Assembly (NCBI GenBank): GCA_951804945.1
Contig: OX638149.1
Coordinates: 118,358,001-118,422,000 of the forward strand
Length of the DNA stretch: 64,000 nt
Source of the DNA: Podarcis cretensis
Lineage: Eukaryota
Direction of reading: 5' to 3'
Shown here: positions 11,528 to 22,805 of the stretch, one piece after another
How positions within the stretch are numbered: the first letter of the stretch is position 1
Layout of the letters: the number at the start of each line of letters is the position of its first letter
The notes under the pieces: model-generated
What the model saw: only the letters and a program-made list of their open reading frames with translations
Databases searched by the model: none
What the model was told of the DNA's origin: nothing
Made by a program: the position numbers and the translations under genes

Positions 11528-12276
11528 CTACAGATGCGTCAGTTTGGGCGCCTCCTGAATCCTTCCCTGAGTTGTGTGGTGAGAAGTGAGATCTGTGTAC
11601 GTGGGATGGGGGTCACAAGGTCCATGGTGATGGTTGCCTGGGATCTGAGCAGCGCAGCTGTAGTCCACGCTGGCAGATGAAGGATGGGAGAGGTGGCCGA
11701 TGTTGAACATGGGGCCAGAGGCTGGCATGGAATCAACGAAGTTCCCTCCGACATAGACGGGGCTGCCCTGCAAATTGGGGTTGGCGAAGCCGCCGTTGCT
11801 TTGCATGGCGTGATGGTCGTACTCGGCGCCTGGGTATCTCTTCTGTTGGGGCAAGCAGCTGCTGAGAGGCGCCGTGTAAGCCGCCAGCCCGTACATGTTT
11901 TGCTGCGATTTGGCAAAGGACGTCGGCGACGGGGCGTCGTAGCTCAAGCTGTTGACGGTGGGCAGCTGGCTGGAGTATCCTACATGGTTGGGCCCGCTCA
12001 AAGGCGGGCTCCGGTCTGGGGACTGCCCTACCGGGGAGTGCATAATTCCTTTCGCTTTTTGGTCTTTTTTGTACTTCATCCTCCGGTTCTGGAACCAGAT
12101 TTTGATCTGGCGCTCCGTCAGGTTCAGCAGGTTGGCCATCTCCACCCGGCGAGGGCGGCACAGATAGCGGTTGAAATGGAACTCCTTCTCCAGCTCCACT
12201 AGCTGCGCGCTGGTATAGGCGGTGCGCACCCGCTTGGAAGCGGGGCCCGGGGGGCTTTTGTCCTCGCAGTTCTCTC
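11528..12276 (-). CDS. HOXD3: Homeobox protein Hox-D3, coding exon 2 (homeodomain and C-terminus); spliced protein 438 aa
   Basis: Acceptor TTTTTGGACAG|GA at 12277/12276 restores frame ([44 protein letters not shown]). The PG3 homeodomain is followed by a D3-type tail ending QEAPKLTHL*. Confidence 0.98.
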
Positions 12277-14654
12277 CTGTCCAAAAAGGAGAGAAAGAAG
12301 AAAGAGAGGAGGTTGGCTGGCTGGCTGGCTAATTTACAAAGCCTGAGAGTATTAACATTGCCGCGGCCGGGGGAGGGAGGGACGGGAAATGCTTTGGCAC
12401 TCTGGGGCAGCAGAGGACTAGGTGCCAATTTTGCGGGGCGCGGAGCGAAAGAGGCGCACAAATCGCTATTATCACGCAGTTCCCACACTGCGGGAGACCT
12501 GCCCGAATTGGTATTATCCTCTATTTGTGGAACATCTTTAGCTGTTCACGATCTTCTTTTTCCTGAAGGTCCCTCTCCTCCTGAAATTTTAACCCACCCA
12601 CACTTTCCCCATAGTATTAAATCTGGACATTCAAAGCGAACTGAAACAGGACGGGGAAAGGACCGGGATATGTCCTCCCCGTGCACAATTGCCATTAATT
12701 AGCGAGGGTCGCTGCCTCATATCCGCACGGGAGAGGCGTGATTTAGGGACAGGGTGATCCAAACGACACTTCCCTCAAATCCTTCGATTTCATTGGATTT
12801 TATTTTATTTTCTTGAGACGGGCGGTGCTACAGTCGAGGTTTTCAGCTGCGGACAACACTCCCTCCCTCCGTCGCACAGTGTCTACAATGAGAATGGGGT
12901 TCGATCTCCCAACTCCGGGGTTCTCAGAGGGTTAGGAAAGTTACAGTTCCAGATGAGAGAGCTGTAAATCATCTAACTTAATTGGAAGAATCGATCGATC
13001 CCTGACAGAGCCCAGGAAGGTTCTCTTGGCTGGTCCCAAACAGGAGCAGGCCCCGGCCTCCCAAACTTGGAAGACAATGGAGCCGCCGCCGCCGCCTCTG
13101 GTACAGCTAACAAGAGGAAATCAGGCGCGTTCATTAGCTCCGAGGCGGTGCTCTAACTAGCAAGACAGCAGAAGTGGGGGATTCCCATAGGAAGAGCGCC
13201 GGGCGCGCGGGGTGGGGGAGAATCCGGGTTTACAACTCTCCAGGCTCCCTTTCCCCAGGAAAGTTGGCAGCAGCCATTTCAAGACAGGGGAGAAGGTCGC
13301 AGTGGTTGGATCTGCGACCACGTCAGCGTGTCTGCATAATAAACACATGTTTTGTTAGACTGCGTGTTTGCATTTTGTACACACCTTTGACACTGCTCGG
13401 GTTTAGACAGTCTGTAAACTTTCTGCATGCCAAATAAGGGGAGGAATGCTTGGGTCTCCACCTTGTCACCACCAAGATGGTTTCAGAGGACAGAGTCGCC
13501 AAATGCAGGCCACACACGCTTGGGGACAGAAGGTCTCAGAAGGTGATGGACCGCTACTGTTTATTTGTGATGGGGGAGTTATAACTGATTTGATACTTTT
13601 ATTGCTTTATTGTGCTTATTGTAAATCGCTCTGTCGTTTTTTTAGAATGAAGAGCGGTCTAAACACTAAGTAAGTAAGTACAGTAAGTAAGCAAGCAAGC
13701 AAGCAAGTAAGGGACAGAGGGAGGGAGGGACAGAGGGAGGGTGGTCGGTCCACTCTGGATCTGGAGAAGAGACCGGCCTGCTAGAATAAAGATGGGGATT
13801 TATTGGTTCATTGTTTCTTGGAATCTGATGTAAAGCACCATGGATAAGTTGCAAAATGGTGGGAATTGTGGGAAGAAGGAAGCTCTATGGTCTGTGGATG
13901 ACTGCAATGTGCCAGAGGAAAGCTGGACACTTGGAATGCAAATTGGTGATATTGTATGTTGTATCGATTTTCATTTTTTATTGTGTTGGGTTATTTGCAT
14001 TTTGTACACTTTTTGGATATTTCTTATGTTTAGCAATTTTTAAAGTTCTTAAACAAATGGCACTTTCAATAAAGAAGACACCTCTTAAAATAAGACTTCT
14101 AGCAATGCGTTTTGCAGTGGGGATCCTTGCGAGCCTAAACTTTGAAATGACAAAAGAGCGGGAGTTTGTCACATTCCATTCCCCGCCCTTGCACTTTTAT
14201 TTAATTTTTTGTCTTCCTACCCCAGACTAAAATCCTTACTGAAAACCAATTCCCATCTATTTAAATGAGACTTTACCCCTTAAATGCACTTGGGTAACTA
14301 ACCTCTTTGAGAAGGGGCAAGGGAAGGGCAATATTAAAGGAGGAAATCTTTCGGCTGGTGCAATTTCTATATGAAATCATCAATGTAGGCTTTGAAGTCG
14401 CACAGAATTCGCCCTCTGGCTGAACGTTCAAATGACAGCTGGAGGGGGGAGGAAATAAATGTTGCCAAGACAAGTCATTCCATTTGCATGGCTCTCCCAA
14501 AGACCAGCAAGATGTCTTCAACTTACTTGTATCTTGCAGGGCTGGGGGAGTCAGATAAACGTCACAGCCTGGTCTCTGATGTTCTAGATGGATCTCCTCC
14601 CTTCAATATTGGGGGGGTGGGGAGTTAAAAAGGGGGACTGGGTACACCCATATT

Positions 14655-14995
14655 AATGACTACTAGCCATGAAGGTTCTGCACCACCTCCAAGTTCAGGA
14701 ACAGTTTGCCAATTATTGGGTAAGATGGCAAAAGAAGGCTCTTGCTGCTCTGTGCTGCTTGGAGGCTTCCCATTGTCATTGGTTAGACACTGCAGGATGC
14801 AGCATGCTGGACTAGATGGGCCTTTGGTGTGCTGGTGGAGGGGAAGGGGATTAGATTCATAGACCCATAGAGTTGGAAGGCACCCTGACAATCATCTAGG
14901 CCAGGGTTTCCTAAACTTGGGTCTCCAGCTGTTGTTGGACTACAACTGCCATCATCCCTAACTAGCAAGACCAGGGATGACCAGTGGTCAGTGAA
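14655..14995. mobile_element. TE cluster in the HOXD3 intron: CR1-type 3' end, inverted CR1-type tail, half of a family-C MITE
   Basis: ATGCTGGACTAGATGGGCC (CR1-like end), CATAGAGTTGGAAGG, and CAGGGTTTCCTAAACTTGGGTCTCCAGC...GGACTACAAC. Confidence 0.65.
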
Positions 14996-15260
14996 GATCC
15001 CTGCAATGCAGGAATATAAAGCTGTCCGATATACGGATTGAACTTGTAAGCTTGGCATTATCAGCACCATGATCACACCAACTGAACTATCCAGGCTTGG
15101 CTTTTGTTGTTACTGTTTTCAGGGGGTTTTTTAAAATGTATTTTGTGCTTTTACGTTGTTGTTTTTAGCTTGTGAACTGCCCTGAGCTCTGCAGGTGACC
15201 AGCTGGGTCCATCCAACCCAAACCCAGACCACTGGGGTGGATCCACTTCATAGCATTGTC

Positions 15261-15452
15261 TATAGGAGCAAACTCCTAAGGGCCATAAAAACTCCATAAA
15301 ATATTTGAGGGGGCTACCTCCACAAGTTGATGGACATTGCCATTCAAATGGTGTGTGTGCGCACCGCATCTTGTGAATGATTATGCAGGGTGGGGCTTAC
15401 CTGGGTGTCTCCCCCCTCCCACCCCAATATTTTATTCAGGTTGGCCCCCCCC
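15261..15452 (+). mobile_element. Non-autonomous hAT element, family A, in the HOXD3 intron
   Basis: Shares AAAATATTTGAGGGG...GTTGATGGACATTGCCATTCAAATG...CAATATTTTATTCAGGTTGGC with the 1226 copy. Confidence 0.75.
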
Positions 15453-15504
15453 CCTTAAATTGCCTAAACCCTGATTGGCAGCGGCTCTGAACAGCACCAC
15501 TGAG

Positions 15505-15562
15505 CGAGGCACTCGGGAATCGAACCTGCGACCTTCTGCATGCAAAGCGGAGCTACAGCCCC
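15505..15562 (-). mobile_element. Degenerate tRNA-derived SINE head about 170 bp from the HOXD3 donor
   Basis: GGGGCTGTAGCTC...TGCATGCAGAAGGTCGCAGGTTCGATTCCC; a related head lies at about 53130-53255. Confidence 0.6.
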
Positions 15563-15730
15563 TCGCTTGGCAGGACTCCTCCTCCTGCTGCTGCTGCTGC
15601 TGCTGCTCTCTCTTTCCTGCCTCTTGCTCTCTGATTCGCGGTGTGCCTGGACTGGAGCAACCAAGGGAAACCCCCTTGAAGGGCACAGAGGGCCTTGCTG
15701 CTCCCCAGGAGGTGGAGCTCGACTGGGTAC

Positions 15731-16298
15731 CTGCGGGGGCGCAGCTGCTCTTCTGCTTGGAGTTCTGGCGGGACTCCTTCATCCACGGGAAGATCTGCTT
15801 GCTAATCGTGGCCGCCGAGCCGCCCGAGGCGTTGGCCCCGCCTTTGCCCTTTTTGGCGGGAACCGAGTGGGCGGGGTTGCTGCTGGGCGGCGAGGGCGAC
15901 GGCAGCGCGGGGGGCGGAGCCTGTTGCTGAGGCGGCGGTTGCTGCTGCTGCTGCTGCTGCTGCTGTTGCTCGGCTAGGCCCGGCGGCTGCTGAGGGCCTC
16001 CCTGGGCGCCTCCGGTGGGGCGCATGCAGCTACCGCTCAGCTCGGCGCTCTTGTGGGCCGGAGGCGCCCGGATGGCGGCGGCGGCGGCGGCTCCTTGGAG
16101 CGAGCAGGCCGAGCCTGCGTAGTCGGTGTCCAGGGCGGGCTGGGCGTAGGGCTGAGGAGGGCCCGGCGGGTAGCCGTAGGCGTCCGCTTTGCTGTAGCCG
16201 CCGTAGGCCCCGAAGAGGCCCGCGTTGTCGTAGTAGGCGGCCTTCTGCATGGTGGGCTCCGCCGTCGCCAAGGCCTCGGCAGCCCGCTCAAATAACAT
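15731..16298 (-). CDS. HOXD3: Homeobox protein Hox-D3, coding exon 1 (568 nt, phase-1 donor)
   Basis: Translation MLFE...[14 protein letters not shown]...[21 protein letters not shown] matches the HOXD3 N-terminus and FPWM hexapeptide. Donor GCAG|GTACCC at 15731/15730. Upstream acceptor TCTCTCTTTTCCAG|G at 16377/16376, with an in-frame TGA before the ATG. Confidence 0.97.
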
Positions 16299-16814
16299 GG
16301 GCCGCCGCCCACCCCGTCACGCGGCCTGGCCTCCCTCGCGCCCCGGGCCTCGGCCAGTCGCTGCCCCAGAAGCCACCTGGAAAAGAGAGAAGCGGGATGG
16401 GGGCGGGTCGCGGAGACAAGAGAGAAACGAGACAACCGTCAGTGAGGGAGCGGGGAGGGCGAGCGCCTGAGGGGAAAGCGGGAAGTGGTTTCCTCACACG
16501 TTGGCAACTACCTAGGAGGGCAAAGGGCTCAGGAACAGCTGCCCTCTTATACAAACACGCACACCGTTGCAGTTTCACCTTCACACACACATTTCCCGTT
16601 CCAAATTCACCTTCACGACACACACAGACACTCCATTTGAATTTCACCTTCTCGCACTCCTTTCCAGTTTCGCCATCACACACCACACAAGCTCTTTCGA
16701 TTTCACCTTCACACCGCACGCACAAACACATGCCAGTCATATGTTCACAAGGCTACCTCATAAAACACTTCCGTGGCCTCATTTGGCACGCCTCTCACAA
16801 GTCTTATTAATGGT

Positions 16815-17082
16815 TTATTAATCAAATTAATACACTGCCCTCCTGCAAGATCTCAGGGCGGCTCACAGAATAAAATACAAGATAAAATGCGTGTCAATAT
16901 TTAAACCAAGACATCAAAACGATAACTCCGCCTTTCCATAGACATACTTAAAAGGCTGTGGAATATTAATCCGCCAAGGGCCTGGTTGAAGAGGAGCGTT
17001 TTAGCCTGGCGCCTCAAAATATGTAATGAAGGCACCAGGCGAATCTCCCTGGGGGAAGCATTCCCCAACCAGGGAACCACTA
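16815..17082 (-). mobile_element. L2-type LINE 3' fragment
   Basis: Minus strand GGAATGCTTCCCCC...GTGAGCCGCCCTGAGATC...GGGCAGTGTATTAA terminal stem-loop and AT-rich tail. Confidence 0.55.
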
Positions 17083-17449
17083 TAGATTCTCTTCATACAT
17101 TCATGATCTATACTAGGGCCAAGCTCACCGGCTCGGGCACGTTCTGATCATGTGGGACTCCTGGCCGCGCCATGAAAATCACACACGCGTGTACACTTGG
17201 ATGGAATCCAGAGGCAATCCGTGCATCCCCTCGCCCCTTCTCAAGCGTGCACAAAACGGACAAAACCAGAGGGCTCTGCGAAGGTGCTGTCTCGGAACAG
17301 GTGCAAACTTATTTATAATGCTCACAGAAACAGTGGTCCAGCTGTGTTCTGAGATTCGAGCGATCTCCCCAACAGAGGGGGAAAGTTGCTTTGTCGCACA
17401 CATGCATACACACGATCTTCGTACCCATTCTCCCTTGCCAGTAAGGGTC

Positions 17450-17639
17450 CATAGGAACCAACTCCTAGGGGCCAAGGAGGTCCCTTCAACCCCCCCAATA
17501 AAATATTTGAGGGAGTCAACCCTCCTCCCAAAGTTGATAGACATTGTCATTTAAACAGTGTATGCGCGCCATGTCATGTGATTAGTTATGTGGGTTTACA
17601 TGCGCGCGCCCCCATATTTTATTTAAGTTGGCGTCCCTG
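17450..17639 (+). mobile_element. Non-autonomous hAT element, family A (no TSD of its own; shares right flank with the 1226 copy)
   Basis: CATAGGAACCAAC...GTTGGCGTCCCTG; internal homology to 1226-1418. Confidence 0.75.
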
Positions 17640-20600
17640 TTTCCAGGGGTCTGAAGGGTGGTTCGGCTCTAGCGTAGCACCCTAGAAAAGCATTTTGTTG
17701 CGGCAGGAAGTGCGTAAGGCCAGTGAAGTAGCATAACTCTGCACAGAACAGTAGCCTTTATATTTCTTCCCTGCACACAGTCCCCATCCCCCACGGTTTC
17801 TTTCACACATGCACCACGTGGTAAACAACCCTCATACAGCATCCTTGCATCGCCTCTTCCGCTGGGTCCCTTGTCGGAAATCTTGCCCAGCCCAAACTTC
17901 CATATGACTCCCCCTCTCCCTCATCACTGCTCCTCCCTCTCCCCTAGCAAGAAAGTAACTGGGTGCCCTCTCCTGCCAATTCCCACGGACGTTTTTTGCA
18001 CGCTCTCTAATACAGTATAGTGCATTTCACCATTGGCCTCGCTTACATACAACCAAACACCTCTCCCTTCTCTCTCTCAAGAGCGCATTCCAGAACAATT
18101 AGCAATGCACCCCGCTCTTAAACACAGTTAACCGGGGTGCACGATCCATTGGAATCAATGGTTTTCTTCTCTTCCAGGTATAGGTTTCGGGAATCGGGTG
18201 TAAAAAAATGAGTGGTCCAGAGCCATTATGCCACAGTGGCATGGGTTTTGAACTCTTGCCACTGGAAGTGTACAACTCTGAAATAAATTGTACCGGCCTC
18301 CAACTAACAGTGTAGGGGGTGGGTGACTCTACAGCTAAAAGAGATGCCCAAACCAAGCCGAATACAGTAATGGATAAACGGGTCTCTGAAGAGTTAGGAA
18401 GGCATAGGTCCTTCTGTACAATGTTCCCTTTGTCCAGCTAGGGTGAAGAGGAGTGAAATGTTTGCCTCTGATTTCCCAAAAACAGAGTGTTAAAGGATGG
18501 CTTTCCATAACTTTATTTTAGTATTACAATAAACTGATGTTATTCCTAATGTAATGGGTGTGGATGTTTGTTTTTTAAAGGATCAGGTATTTTGCAAAGA
18601 AGGAAGAATTATCATTTAGCTTGGCGTGCTAAATTACCTTGGATCAGCTGTTACAAAAGTAAGTTTGTTCAAGTGATTTCATTTCTAGCCTTCAAATTCT
18701 TACTGCTTTTGCATATATATATTTTTACGGTGCTCGAAAACCAAACACTTCTACAATATTATTTTCTTCTACCATATTATTATATATCTCTTTATTTTGC
18801 CGGAGGCATTTTTTATGGGCTCTACATTCTATCCCTTTGCCATTTTGGTATAAATATTAACCAACATTTTGTTGTTGTTCCTTTTTTGTCTCTTCACTCC
18901 CCCACCCTTGGGGTTTTATTTTTTCCTCAAGTCACGCATGCGCGCCACTATTTGTGAGCCAGGAGTGACATGATGGATTGAACCAGAACTGGAACCTGAA
19001 AAACCAGAGAAAATTCCATCTCTATTGTAAATCCTGTCTCTTGGTGTTTTGCTTTGTTTTTCCTGGGAAGATTTCTACGAAGTTAAAGTGTAACTAAGGG
19101 CATTCAATAACTTTCATTTGCAATATAAAGAAGAAATACATAGGTCAGCTACCTTAGCTCCTAGTCTTTAGAGATATTTCAACTAAGGTTTCTTGCAGAT
19201 TGTTTTGACGCAAAAGCTATCTAAAGTAGAGAGAAGCGATTTGCAGGGCAGGGTTTTTCGCTGCAAAGGTCTCTTGTTTGTTTACTACCATGCAGGAAAG
19301 ATTCCTGGTTGGGGAAATCCCTTATTACTGTATTATGTAGCATTAGATCTCCACTATTTCCTGTATATAAAAACCTGCATTTTGTGGGTGTTGGAAGAAG
19401 GGATTGTTCTTCAATTATGGGGAAAGACCACCCCCCCCTTATTTTCTAGATTCTGATGAGTGTGCTTAGACATATCTGTGGCCCAAAATATAAAAATATG
19501 TGTGCGGTGCTCAGAGTTATGGGCTTAGACTGGAAAAACTTGGGTTCCTTTCTCCATTAAACCCAGAAGCACCCTGGGTAACTTCGGCCAGCCACTATAT
19601 CTCAAACTAAACTACTTTATAGGGAAATTCTGGAGATAAAATGGATTGGGGAATGTATGGAGACCCAAGCTTTTTGGAGCAGAATTCAAAAGATAAATAG
19701 ATAATTGCTTATCAGTGTATAGTTTGGATACCTTGTATGAAGCATACAGTATATTTTTAATAGGCCAGTCCATTGAATTTACATCTGTGCTTAGAACTGA
19801 GATGTCTAGGAAATATTTTCTGAAACTCCTAATTTCCAAAGATGAAAAGTGTCATTTGCAATCAGTGATCATTGGGTTCCTAGCACATCCCTTATAAATG
19901 TATTCCTCAGAGATAAGACCGAATTAATTCAATTTAAATTTATTCACAAGTAAGTGATGAACAGTCCAATCCCATCCCTGTTTTATTTAAAATCTCTACT
20001 GAGTTTGTATGGGACTTTCCCCTAACAGTTAAAGTATGCACTGAATTGCATCTTTTAAGATCACAACCAGCAAGTAGTTGTCAGCTCCAAATGCTGTCTG
20101 AAATGCTACCCCTCAAGCAAGTTTGCTAAAGGATGCAATTCATAAGCCTTTGAGCCTGAAGGCACAATTTCCAATTATTTAATTGTGTGGTTACAGCTTT
20201 GAACCCCTGCATTTTTGGTCCCCAAATAATCCTATGAAATTAAAATCTCTGTGGGAGCTGACTGAGTGCTGGTGAATCTGGATGTTTACATCCAAATAAC
20301 TCAGCTTATGATCACAAAATGTAGTGTTCTGATAATGATACCAGACAAGCTGATGTCTGTCACTATCAGCCTCCCCCAAACAGTTTTGCATTGTTTGTAT
20401 TTATAGGATATCTTTCTTTTTGCCTTATATGTTTTCTGACTCCCCAATAATCATTTATGGATGTCATAGCTACAACTTAATTTATCACACAACATATTTA
20501 TCATAAAACATTCCTAATTACTATGTTTTCTCATCTTTGTCATAATCTACTACCCTCACTTTAACCTACAAAACATTCCAGGTGCCTGCATTTTAAATTG

Positions 20601-20871
20601 GAGAACAATAGTTGGGTGGGTTGGTTGGTTTGGACACATTTTGGTTCTTTCAGTTAGGTTCCTTACAGTGTAATCCTATACATGTCCACTCAGAGGAAAG
20701 ACCTTTTTAGGATAAATGATAAATCGTTCCTAGGTAAGGCAGTATTAATTTCAGCCTAAGAGTGGTGATTTTTTTAAAAAAGGCAACTTTAAATAAAATA
20801 CAATTTAGGACATATTCTATATATCCATTCCACCTCCTTCAGAAATCTAAAATATAGTGAGCACTTCTAGA

Positions 20872-21005
20872 AGGGGTAGCAGTGTTAGTCTGTTACAACA
20901 AAAACATCAAAGTCTCGTGGGACTTTTCTGGCTGACACATTTATTGTGGCATAAGCTTTCTTGGTCTTGAAGTCCCCTTCATCAGATGCATGAAGTATTA
21001 TCCTC
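20872..21005. mobile_element. Penelope-like element terminal repeat fragment
   Basis: GTAGCAGTGTTAGTCTG...ATTTATTGTGGCATAAGCTTTC...TTCATCAGATGCA resembles the common reptile Penelope terminal sequence and includes a hammerhead-like core. Confidence 0.7.
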
Positions 21006-21399
21006 AAACACTGGAAGAAATTTATATCTATAAACACACACGGTTTGTTGCAAAATGCCATGAAATACAAGAAGGATACGGATTTTTTAATTTTTAACAA
21101 AGATGAAGAAAGACCAATAAGGAGTTACATGATTTCCTTCCATGTATCTAATCACGCTGAATCACTTATTTATTCACGAATGGTCATCTATAATCAGAAA
21201 GTTCAACCCTCAGCCATTTACAAATTCACTGGTAGTCTGCTCTGAATTGTTTTTGTTTATTCCAACCCAGCACCCTCTCGCTGCCTCCTGCTTCATTCAA
21301 CAAAACCAGGTTTCTCCCAAATAGCGCAAGAAGCCTTCAGAGAGAATATTGCTGCAAAACTGAGGAGCTTTATTTCTTTTCTGAAATACCAACTGCTTG

Positions 21400-21416
21400 T
21401 GAACTCTGCTTGAACC
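21400..21416 (-). promoter_or_regulatory. DR5 RARE upstream of HOXD3 coding exons
   Basis: GGTTCA-agcag-AGTTCA, a perfect DR5 of the type conserved near Hox3 genes. Confidence 0.9.
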
Positions 21417-22147
21417 TAACAAGGAGGCAAAGGGCCATAAATCACATGGACAATGCTCTACTGTTTGGTGGCTCATCTTTTTAGATCTACACACACGCGC
21501 GCGCGCACATTTTCTCCCTCTTTCCTTATTTTCTTTCCTTCCCTTCTCTCTTTTAAAACAACAACAACCCTAATGGCACGTTTTGCTTTTGCCAGGATGT
21601 CATACGCTAAAAGCAATGGGGTTCTTTTCGTAGGTAACACCCAAGCACTTAGTGGTTTGGCCCGAACTGTTTACAAGCTGCGTGGGAGGCAGAGCAGGGA
21701 GCAGAATTCGCTCCCGAGCCTAAGGAAGCCACAAAATATCCGTGCCCGTGTTTCGAATTTCCTTTTGCAAGCATCTAGAGAGGTTAACCTTGTCTGAACC
21801 GTTGTGCTATTAGGCAGAGTAATGGATCCCATTGTTCCCTTACTACTACTCTCAATCCACTGCGAGGAATAATCTCTCCAAATCAAACTGACTACGGGGC
21901 GTGGGGGCGGAGAATGAGAGTCTCAGCAACTACCTACCCCCTTCCACACACACCTCTCTCTCACACACACACACCCCACCACCACGCACAAAACACCACG
22001 TGCCACAGAAGAGCCCCCAAACTCCGCTTCTGACAAGTTCCCGGGCGCTGACAATTGCGTTCGATCGGATCCCCAACCCGCATATTCATACGAAGCAAGT
22101 CCTCTACTAATGCGTCCACTACACTTAATTCTGCTGGGGATCAATAC

Positions 22148-22265
22148 CTAATATGATCTCGAATAAATAAAAAGCAGTAAGAGAGAGAGAGAGAGGGAGA
22201 GGGAGAGGGAGGCCGGAGGAGTGGTTAATAAGCAGCCGGAGTTCTCACTGCGCATATCAATGCAC
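22148..22265 (-). other. HOXD3: Probable 118-nt 5'UTR exon of HOXD3
   Basis: Acceptor CCGTGACAG|GTGCATTG at 22266/22265 and donor TTAG|GTATTG at 22148/22147, preceded by GTCATAAATTTTGC. The coding exon has its own acceptor at 16376, so at least one upstream exon is expected. Confidence 0.55.
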
Positions 22266-22780
22266 CTGTCACGGTGCTGTGTAGCAAAATTTATGACTTG
22301 CTGGCGCTAGGGCAGTAAACGCTTCAGTAAGGAATGAAAGCAGCGAAGGGGGGAAGAAGAAGTAGGAGAAGGAGAGAGAAAGAAAAAGAAGGGGGCTGGT
22401 GGGGGGAGGGAAAGACCTGGGCACGGCGGAGTGTAAGACAGGCTGCGTAGGAAGGGGAGACCGGCGAAAGAATGCCCCAGTCTGCAAAAAAATTCCCTTC
22501 TCTTGCAGCCTACGAGGGGGCAGATCAGTATATAAAAGGGCCGAGCCGTTGTCCTTTTGGCGCTTTCCCCGCTTCTAAAGCAAGGCTGATATTCACACCG
22601 CGCCGTGGCAACCTCTAAGTATGTTCGGAGTCCGGGAGAAGCCCTTTTCTACCGACGGAAGGACTCTCCGGGTCTTTGCTGGGAAGAAATGCAGGGTTGA
22701 ACCGAGCGATCCGCTGCGGCCGCCAGGAAAGAGCCTGAGGAAATGAGCTATTCTTCGAGGGAGGGGGAGAGAGAAATGGG

Positions 22781-22805
22781 TGATGGATGTAAATTGACCA
22801 TAACT
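22781..22805 (+). promoter_or_regulatory. Pbx/Hox site cluster (TGATGGAT, TAAATTG, CCATAA)
   Basis: TGATGGATGTAAATTGACCATAAC; TGATNNAT consensus in a non-repetitive CpG-rich block. Confidence 0.5.

Noticed and set aside
11684-12202. 172-aa plus-strand ORF and alternative-frame ORFs (11539-11916, 11733-12488) over HOXD3 exon 2
   Set aside because: Shadow frames of a GC-rich coding exon; no independent protein signature.
16573-16716. CRISPR-like repeat-spacer array
   Set aside because: Vertebrate DNA, 12-bp degenerate repeats, low-complexity spacers and no cas genes.
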